64,000 nt of DNA. Origin: an uncultured Methanosarcinaceae archaeon (GTDB taxonomy: Archaea; Halobacteriota; Methanosarcinia; Methanosarcinales; Methanosarcinaceae). Positions within the stretch are counted from its first letter, which is position 1; each line of letters begins with the position of its first letter. The notes under the pieces were generated by a model. The model worked only from the letters and a program-made list of their open reading frames with translations, made no database searches and had not been told where the DNA came from. The DNA lies in contig CAVSHT010000012.1 in the NCBI GenBank assembly GCA_963727895.1, positions 96,001 through 160,000 of the forward strand, in the 5' to 3' direction. Positions 55,215 to 64,000 of this stretch are shown here, in pieces. The position numbers were made by a program, and so were the translations under genes.

Positions 55215-57332
55215 TTACTTTTGCCTTTTTTCTTTTCTTCTTATCAAACACTTATGGGCATTTCCTACAAGGTCAAGTCTTCCTGCCTTCTCTAGAGCTT
55301 CATATACAAGTTCGTAATTTGCAGGGTTCCTGTAGTGCATGAGGGCTCTCTGCATGGCTTTTTCTTTCTTACCTTTTGCAACGTATACTTTTTTGCCTGT
55401 GAACGGGTCCAGTCCCGTATAATACATGCATGTCGATACGGTCATAGGAGTTGGAGTAAAGTCCTGTACCTGTTCGGTATAGCCTCCATGGTCCCGCACA
55501 TACTCTGCCATTTCTATCATATCTTCAAGAGTACAGCTCGGGTGACCTGACATCAGGTAGTTTACGATGTACTGTTCTTTGTCGCACTTCCGGTTGAGAG
55601 CTGTAAATTTCTGGGTAAATTTCTCGTAGACTTCCCTGCCTGGCTTGCACATTGCATTTGTGACCTGCCTTGAAAAATGCTCAGGCGCGATTCTTAATTG
55701 CCCGCTGATATGGTGAGCGCAAAGTTCTTCGAGGTATTCTTCATCTTTAAGAGCCAGGTCATAACGTACCCCGTAACCTGTAAAGACCTGCTTAACTCCC
55801 GGAAGTTCGCGCAGCCGGCGTAAGAGTTCAAGCAATTTTTTGTGGCTGGTATCCAGGGCAGGGCAAACGCGAGGATAAAGGCAAGATTTGTCCAGACAAG
55901 CTCCTTTTTTCTCCCAGGTTTTACACTCCATGCCGTACATGTTTGCACTTGGACCGCCAACTCCGTTTATAATGCCCTTGAAATCCGGTTTTTCCGTTAG
56001 CTTTTTTGCTTCATGCAAGACAGATTCAATGCTGCGGCTTGCAATCATGCGTCCCTGGTGTTCTGTAATTGCACAGAAAGCACAGCCTCCAAAACATCCT
56101 CTGTGCGTTGTAAGAGAGAATTTTACCATTTCCAGGGCAGGAATGGGTTCAGTATAAGAAGGATGTGTTTCACCAGTAAACGGCAGTTCATATACATGAT
56201 CCATTTCAGCTTCTTTAAGGAGGCGCATTGGTCTGTTCTGCACAATTACGGTTTTCGGGTGAGGTTGAATAACCTCTTTTCCAGAAACAGGGTTCTGTTC
56301 TGTGAAATACATACGAAAAGCCTTTGCAAAAGCTGCTTTATCCTGAGAAACTTCTGAAAAGGAAGGAATTTCCACATATTCTTTTAAAAATTCGGCTGGA
56401 TCATCAGCTTCGGTTGGATTCTCAGCTATTTTTTCGTTTGTTTGTTCATATTTTTCCTGATATTGTTTTTCAGATTCCTTTTTTTCCGGTTTCTTATTAT
56501 TCGGGCTGTTATCTGACTTTTCGACTCTTTCTTTGTCGAATTTTTCTTTGCCTATTTTTTCTTTGAGTTCTTTCCAGGCTTTAACTTCCATCTTCCAGAC
56601 TGTGCCCGGAATATCTCTGATATTTTTGATATCTTCCCCGGTTTTCAGTCTTTTTGCAATTTCCACAATTTGAAGTTCTCCCATACCGTAGACTATCAGG
56701 TCAGCAGGCGCGTCAGCCAGAATTGATTGTCTAACCTTATCTGAAAGATAGTCATAATGAGCAAAACGACGTAAAGAAGCCTCAATCCCCCCTAACACTA
56801 TAGGCACTTCAGGGAATGCCTCTTTAATCCTGTTTGAGTAAATTATCACGGCGCGATTCGGGCGAAGTCCTGCTTTTCCTCCGGGGGAATAAGCATCCTT
56901 ATTTCGCGGCTTCAGTCCTGGGGTCAGGTTGCTGACCATAGAATCAGTATTTCCTGCACTTACTGAAAAAAAGAGTCTTGGTTTTCCAAATTTTTTGAAA
57001 TCTTCAGGGCTGTCCCAGCGCGGTTGGGCAATAACTCCTACTCTAAAGCCAGCATCTTCTAGGACTCTTCCTATTATTGCCGTACCAAAACTGGAGTGGT
57101 CTACATAGGCATCTCCAGTAACAAGAATAATGTCAAGCTCCTTCCAGCCGCGAGCTTTCACTTCTTCATGACTCCTTGGAAGGAATTTCGATAAAGGTAT
57201 GCGAGGAGAGATGAACTTTCCTTTCCTTTTCTTCTTTCCTTGTTTGGTTCCAGATCTCTTCTCTGATTTCTTTACCTCTTTGATCTGGGATTTTACTTCT
57301 GAGAACTTTGAAACTGCTGGATTTTTCGCCAT
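55215..57332 (-). CDS. YgiQ/UPF0313-family radical SAM protein
   Basis: GDAYVDH, RGCFGGCAFC, GGPSANMY and QDFTPTP motifs. Confidence 0.95.
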   Translation of the reverse strand: MAKNPAVSKFSEVKSQIKEVKKSEKRSGTKQGKKKRKGKFISPRIPLSKFLPRSHEEVKARGWKELDIILVTGDAYVDHSSFGTAIIGRVLEDAGFRVGVIAQPRWDSPEDFKKFGKPRLFFSVSAGNTDSMVSNLTPGLKPRNKDAYSPGGKAGLRPNRAVIIYSNRIKEAFPEVPIVLGGIEASLRRFAHYDYLSDKVRQSILADAPADLIVYGMGELQIVEIAKRLKTGEDIKNIRDIPGTVWKMEVKAWKELKEKIGKEKFDKERVEKSDNSPNNKKPEKKESEKQYQEKYEQTNEKIAENPTEADDPAEFLKEYVEIPSFSEVSQDKAAFAKAFRMYFTEQNPVSGKEVIQPHPKTVIVQNRPMRLLKEAEMDHVYELPFTGETHPSYTEPIPALEMVKFSLTTHRGCFGGCAFCAITEHQGRMIASRSIESVLHEAKKLTEKPDFKGIINGVGGPSANMYGMECKTWEKKGACLDKSCLYPRVCPALDTSHKKLLELLRRLRELPGVKQVFTGYGVRYDLALKDEEYLEELCAHHISGQLRIAPEHFSRQVTNAMCKPGREVYEKFTQKFTALNRKCDKEQYIVNYLMSGHPSCTLEDMIEMAEYVRDHGGYTEQVQDFTPTPMTVSTCMYYTGLDPFTGKKVYVAKGKKEKAMQRALMHYRNPANYELVYEALEKAGRLDLVGNAHKCLIRRKEKRQK

Positions 57333-57495
57333 GGTTTGCTTTTAAGCTCCTCGTTTTTAACTTCTGATTTACAGATATTAATTACCGATTTAACAGCTAT
57401 TTTGACTTTTTGTTGACTTTTTGTAGCTTTTTTGTAGCTTTTTTGTAGATTTCTCTTACTGAGCTCTATTCCTTAACATTAGTGGTGAGTTGGCT

Positions 57496-58137
57496 TTATT
57501 CTCCAGTCATCATTTTTAACATTCTGTATGAAGCCATAATCTGGTTGTTCCCATCTCTGTCTGTAGGAGCTCCATGTCCAGGGTACAGGTTTTTAACATC
57601 CAGTTTTGTGAGCTTTTCTATTGAACTAGCCATTTTTTCAGGTTCTGAACTTTCAAAATCGGTTCTTCCAAAACCTCCGCCTGAAAACACAGTATCTCCG
57701 GAAAAAAGACTTTTTGAGACTGGTTCATAGAGGCAGATACTTCCTTTTGAATGACCTGGGGTATGAATAACTTCCAGATATTCCCCATTTCCTATGTCTA
57801 TTTTATCTCCATCTTCATATGTAATAGTAGGCTTGACTACAGGAGCCCGTTCTCCAAAAATCATGGACATGCTAAGATAGTCGTTATTTACGCTTTCAAG
57901 ATCAGCTTTGTGTATTCCTACTTCTGCACTGCTTTTCTCTACAATAGCTGCTGCTGCCGCGGCATGATCGTAATGGCAGTGGGTCAATACTATCAGTTTC
58001 AAGTCTGTGAGCTTGATGTACTTTTCCAGTTGCTTAATAATAAGGTTGCTACTCATTCCCGCGTCGATCAGGACTCTCCCATTTACCAGATAAACGCTGG
58101 AGTCGTAAGCTGTAGGGCATATGTACTGGACTTCCAT
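57496..58137 (-). CDS. MBL-fold metallo-hydrolase
   Basis: THCHYDH, HTPGHS, SGD and PGHG motifs. Confidence 0.93.
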   Translation of the reverse strand: MEVQYICPTAYDSSVYLVNGRVLIDAGMSSNLIIKQLEKYIKLTDLKLIVLTHCHYDHAAAAAAIVEKSSAEVGIHKADLESVNNDYLSMSMIFGERAPVVKPTITYEDGDKIDIGNGEYLEVIHTPGHSKGSICLYEPVSKSLFSGDTVFSGGGFGRTDFESSEPEKMASSIEKLTKLDVKNLYPGHGAPTDRDGNNQIMASYRMLKMMTGE

Positions 58138-58240
58138 AGTTTTTCCTCTTTACCTTTCTTCCTTATTATTTTCTTTTAATTTATAGCATTATTTCTCAGT
58201 CCACTATTTTCTTTTAAAATATGTCTGAGAATTCTGAGAT

Positions 58241-59014
58241 TTAGATATTAAACACTCTGCGCGCATTTTCGGTTGTTGATTTTGCAATTTCTGCTGGATC
58301 CATATCTTTAAGTCGCGCTACTACAGGGATGGAATCTGCTATAAAAGCAGGTTCGTTTCTTCCTTTGCGCGGAGAAAGGAAGGGGCTGTCAGTTTCCAAA
58401 AGCAAGTTTTCAAGTGGTACCGCTTCTACAAGATCCTGATGATACTTGGAAAAACAGACAAGGGTTGCCATGGAAATGTAGTACCCCATATCCACGATTT
58501 TCTTCATGGTCTCAATAGAACCGCTATAACAGTGATAAATAACTGTGTCTACGTTTCTGACAAGCTTCAGTACTTCTTCTTCAGCCATTCTTGCGTGCAC
58601 TACAAGAGGTTTGTCCAGATTTTTTGCAAGCTCAATTACTTTTTTGAATGCAACAGTCTGTCTTTCACGTTCTTCAGTTGTTTTACAGTCCTGAAAATCT
58701 AGACCTGCTTCTCCTATTCCTACTGCTTTTTCAGCATTTGTTTCAATCTGAGCAAGAATAGCGTTTATCTCTGTATCTTCTCCTTCTCTGCCAATATCAG
58801 GACTTAAGCCAAGAGCGGCATGAATATCTTCGTGTGTTTCCGCAAGTTCAAGGCTAATGCAGTTGCCTTTTAGGGAAATTCCGGAATTGATCATTCCAAC
58901 AATTCCTGCCTCCCTGGCTCGGAGGATAGACTCTCCTCTATCGCGGTCGAATTTAGGAAAATCAAGATGACAGTGAGAATCAATAATTGGATAAGGCATG
59001 GGTCTGTATTCCAC
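58241..59014 (-). CDS. tatD: TatD-family DNase
   Basis: DSHCHL, IGEAGLD, HCYSG and ETDSP motifs. Confidence 0.93.
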   Translation of the reverse strand: MEYRPMPYPIIDSHCHLDFPKFDRDRGESILRAREAGIVGMINSGISLKGNCISLELAETHEDIHAALGLSPDIGREGEDTEINAILAQIETNAEKAVGIGEAGLDFQDCKTTEERERQTVAFKKVIELAKNLDKPLVVHARMAEEEVLKLVRNVDTVIYHCYSGSIETMKKIVDMGYYISMATLVCFSKYHQDLVEAVPLENLLLETDSPFLSPRKGRNEPAFIADSIPVVARLKDMDPAEIAKSTTENARRVFNI

Positions 59015-59157
59015 CTCATTTTATTTTACTTTTTATACATGGGTTTTGGAATATAGACTCAAAAAATGAGTAGGGGAGCCAGTTCTTATCCTATTTTTTG
59101 TTTTTGACGTTTTAATTATTCAGGCTCTTTAATCCGTTTTATCTGGCTCCAATCAAT

Positions 59158-60666
59158 TCAGTTTTTTGCCTCTTTTTTATACAACAGGTTCATAGCATTT
59201 ACAAGGGCTTCTACAGAAGCCATAACTATATCTGGGTTTGCAGATCTTGCAGTTACAACTTTCCCCTTTTCATTTTCGAGACCTATGTATACATCTGCAA
59301 GGGCATCTGCTCCTCCTGTAATTGCTTCGATCCTGAATTCCTGGAGCCTAAAGTGGTTACTTTCTCCCAGGATGTCTCTTACAGCTTTCAGGGCGGCATC
59401 TACAGGGCCAACTCCGGTTCTTGCTGCAATGGTTTCTTTACCTTTGATATCTGCTTTGACTACTGCAGTCGGTGTGAGGATATTTCCTGTCATTACAGAA
59501 ACTTCTTTGAGTTTGATAAGTTCTTCTTCAGAACTTGCTTTCCCTAGCACTGCCGAAGCAACCGCATAAAGATCAGCATCTGTAATCTGCTTCCCTTTAT
59601 TTGCAATCTCTTTTATTCTGGATACTATTTCATCAAGCTGTTTGTCGTTGCTGATTATACCTGCAGATTCTAGAGATTGCTTGACTGCATGTTTACCTGT
59701 GTGCTTACCAAGTACAATACGTCGTCTGTGTCCTACCATTTCCGGAGTCATTATTCCAGGTTCGAAAGTATCGGATTTTTCGAGTACTCCCTGACTGTGA
59801 ATTCCTGACTCATGGGAGAAGGCATTTTGGCCTACGACAGGAGTATTTGGAGGCAGTCTGATTCCAGTATAATTTTCAATCATTTTCGAGGTTTCTACAA
59901 GATATTCGGTTCGAATATTCGTTTTTGCCCCGTAGATTGAGGTCAGACTCATGACTGTCTGGGAAAGATCGGCATTTCCTGCCCTTTCACCAATGCCGTT
60001 TATTGTAACCTGAACCTGAGATGCGCCTGCCTCAACTGCCATAAGGCTGTTTGCTACAGCAAGTCCAAAATCGTTATGGCAATGTACATCAATGGGAATC
60101 GTTATTTCTTTCGCGATATCCTTTATCTGTTTATACATTGCAGATGGGATCATAATGCCAACGGTATCTGGCACGTTAATTATATCGCATCCTGCTTCCT
60201 GCACTGCTTTGAAAACCTCAATGAGATATTCAGGTTCGGTTCTCGTAGCATCCATTGCAGAAAACATGCATCTTCTCCCGTTCTCTTTAATGTATTGGAC
60301 AGATTCCACAGCCATTTGAATGACTTCTTCCTGGCTCTTTTTTATGGTATATGTCCTCTGTACTTCAGAAGTAGGGACGAAAGTATGCACAAGTCCAACA
60401 TCACTTTCAAAACAAGCATCAATGTCTTTTTTCAATACACGGGCAAGGCCACATACTTCAAGATCCAACCCGGCATTAGATATTGATTTTACGGATTCTT
60501 TATCTCCTTGTGATGAGATCGGAAATCCAGCTTCTATAATGTCTACCCCTAGTTTATCAAGTTGATGGGCAATTTCTAGTTTCTGGGCAGAAGTTAGAGA
60601 TACCCCTGGGGTTTGTTCTCCGTCACGCAGTGTTGTGTCAAAAACAGTTACCTTTTTATTCTTCAT
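59158..60666 (-). CDS. leuA: 2-isopropylmalate synthase (LeuA/CimA family)
   Basis: DTTLRDGEQ, HCHNDFG, GIGERAGN and HESGIH motifs plus regulatory domain; LeuA versus CimA cannot be settled by eye. Confidence 0.8.
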   Translation of the reverse strand: MKNKKVTVFDTTLRDGEQTPGVSLTSAQKLEIAHQLDKLGVDIIEAGFPISSQGDKESVKSISNAGLDLEVCGLARVLKKDIDACFESDVGLVHTFVPTSEVQRTYTIKKSQEEVIQMAVESVQYIKENGRRCMFSAMDATRTEPEYLIEVFKAVQEAGCDIINVPDTVGIMIPSAMYKQIKDIAKEITIPIDVHCHNDFGLAVANSLMAVEAGASQVQVTINGIGERAGNADLSQTVMSLTSIYGAKTNIRTEYLVETSKMIENYTGIRLPPNTPVVGQNAFSHESGIHSQGVLEKSDTFEPGIMTPEMVGHRRRIVLGKHTGKHAVKQSLESAGIISNDKQLDEIVSRIKEIANKGKQITDADLYAVASAVLGKASSEEELIKLKEVSVMTGNILTPTAVVKADIKGKETIAARTGVGPVDAALKAVRDILGESNHFRLQEFRIEAITGGADALADVYIGLENEKGKVVTARSANPDIVMASVEALVNAMNLLYKKEAKN

Positions 60667-60862
60667 AGGTTCGATATAAAAATCGATCCCTTCTTTCAGT
60701 TTTTATATCCATAATAATCATCTATTTTAATGCAGATTTCTTCTATATAAATCTCACGAGAGTTTTTTAATATTTTTCTATATGTTTTATTTTTAAGTTT
60801 TTGATATAACCTCCAATAGAAAACTATTTATACTAAATCCTCTATTCTAAGGTTGCTTCTCA

Positions 60863-61004
60863 AGGTGTCACACGACATCTACGAGAGTGAAAAACGGGAA
60901 TTGAAAAACGAAGCTTATTAACAAAGCTTAAAGGTACCAAAAAACGGTATATCAAAAACGGATATAAAAGGGTGCCTAAAGCCGTTGTTTTTGGAACAAT
61001 GGCT
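60863..61004 (+). ncRNA. Second AAAAACG-motif unit with closing stem and 3' hairpin (sRNA or rRNA-operon upstream leader)
   Basis: BRE/TATA agaaaac-tatttata at ~60818-60832; AAAAACG x4; stem aggtgtc / ggtgcct; hairpin 60980-61004. Confidence 0.4.
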
Positions 61005-61084
61005 CTTAAAAATGGACAAGTTAAGGATTCAAAAGCACAATTCTTTTGAAATCTTTCAACTATTCTCTTTTCCCTCTTCAGGAA

Positions 61085-61170
61085 TAAGTATATATATCAT
61101 TAACTCCTTGTGGATATCCCTCTCACAATGCGATTGTGTTGAGGTGAATAACACAAAGCTTTATATATAA
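61085..61170 (+). promoter_or_regulatory. Tandem rRNA-operon promoters (TATA boxes)
   Basis: aagtatatatat at ~61086-61097 and gctttatatataa at ~61158-61170, upstream of the leader. Confidence 0.55.
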
Positions 61171-61271
61171 GAAATCCCTTGTATGTATTCCTGCGCAAGT
61201 TGATTGCGTAGGTGAAAAATTATAAATTTCTTTCATCTTTTAATGGAGACAAGAGTTTTTTCTTGTCTGAC

Positions 61272-61306
61272 GAGGATTTTTGTCGGTTCGGTTAATTCTG
61301 GGCGGT
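61272..61306 (+). other. 5' strand of the pre-16S processing stem (bulge-helix-bulge)
   Basis: gaggattttt..tcggtt..cggt..tctgggcggt pairs with actgcccaga..ccg..aaccga..aaaatcctc at ~62909-62944. Confidence 0.75.
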
Positions 61307-61419
61307 GAGAGTTTTTTCATACAACAATCATCGCGAAACGAATAATAACTGAATTGATAGTTGTTAGTGCAAGTTTCTGCGACCAAGACCTTTAATTTGA
61401 AGTGTGCGATACATTAACA

Positions 61420-62894
<1,475 letters not shown>

Positions 62895-63122
62895 AAGCAA
62901 AAAAACCGACTGCCCAGATGCCGATAAACCGATACAAAATCCTCAACCCATTAAACAATTGATCATCACAAATGATCAATTCATCATACTCATCAAATGC
63001 ACCCGGAAAGTAAATTTTCGGGGAAGGGCTGATTGCCTGTGTTGACACTCAGGTACATGAAGTCATGTATAAGTGCTGTATATTGGACGCTTACTGGACC
63101 TGGTTAGGATACACAGGAATTA

Positions 63123-64000
63123 TACTATCAGGTGGATGGCTCGGCTCAAGAGCTTATGAAGGACGTGCCAAGCTGCGATAAGCCCGGGGTAGGCGCAAGG
63201 AGCCTATGAACCCGGGATCTCCGAATGGGACCTCTCCATAGTGATCAGTAATGATCGGGAACGCTCCGAATTGAAACATCTTAGTAGGAGCAGGAAAAGA
63301 AATCAACCGAGATGCCGTAAGTAACGGCGAGTGAACACGGCACAGTTCAAACCGAATCCCTTCACAGGGAAATGTGGTGTTGAAGGGCTGTTCAAACGTC
63401 TGGCGGCTAAACAGAACTTGCCTGAAACGGCAGACCGTAGAGTGTGACAGTCACGTATGTATAAACCAATAGACTGGAACATGTCCCTGAGTACCGTGCG
63501 TTGGATATCGTGCGGAAATCTGGGGGGCACCAACCTCCAAAACTAAATACTCCTTGAGACCGATAGTGAAATAGTAGGGTGACCGAACGCTGAAAAGTAC
63601 CCCGAGAAGGGAGGTGCAAAGTGCCTGAAACCTGATAGTGATAGAACGATACGGCATGAAAGGATCTTTGACATGAAGGAAACATTCGCGAGAATGCTGT
63701 ACGAATGCCACTGCCAATGTTGTATCTTACGTTTTGAAGAACGGGCCAGGGAGTTTATCTCAGTGGCAATGGCTAACCTTTTATCTGGGCAGCCGAAGCG
63801 AAAGCAACATGTGCGCAACTCTCACGGGTGAGGCACGGCGTATTCAAGTGCGTGGAGTCACTGGGGTAAGACCCGAAGCCGGGTGATCTAGGCGTGGGCA
63901 GGTTGAAGCGTGGCGAAAGCTACGTGGAGGACCGCAAGCGGTATTGATCTGCAAATCATTCGTGTGACCTGCGTCTCGTAGTGAAATGCTAATCTAACCC
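63123..64000 (+). rRNA. 23S rRNA, 5' part (truncated by the window end)
   Basis: ggtggatggctcggctc, gaattgaaacatcttagta and gaccgatagtgaa.tagta; 5' end approximate. Confidence 0.97.

Overview
AT-rich chromosomal window of a methanogenic archaeon, almost certainly Methanosarcina, judging by the 16S rRNA, ftr, mfnA, porCDAB and the long AT-rich spacers. The left end carries a cluster of ORB (Orc1/Cdc6-binding) boxes, which most likely marks the replication origin. Housekeeping genes follow: mfnA, an M50-CBS protease, a TraB-family protein, ftr, porCDAB, Dus, signal peptidase, PolD small subunit, a SelB/EF-Tu-like GTPase, RNA ligase, five tandem CBS proteins, RPA, Tpt1/KptA, RtcA, an NADH oxidase, DnaG, RimI, ArcS, a GlcD/GlcF-like pair, a YgiQ radical SAM protein, an MBL hydrolase, TatD and LeuA. 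An rRNA operon (16S plus partial 23S) ends the window. Accessory content comprises one IS6, two IS1-family copies plus a fragment, an IS200/IS605-type miniature element, a RelE-type toxin-antitoxin pair beside a broken nuclease-like gene, and several pseudogenes. Three unannotated signals stand out. (1) Two paralogous non-coding units, each downstream of a TATA box, made of AAAAACG motifs at ~14-15 nt spacing inside a conserved closing stem (candidate protein-sponge sRNA family). (2) A ~100-nt candidate sRNA with a C-rich anti-Shine-Dalgarno loop. (3) A consensus ORB plus a second origin-shared motif 33 kb from oriC, next to the RPA gene. All calls come from reading the sequence; no searches were run.
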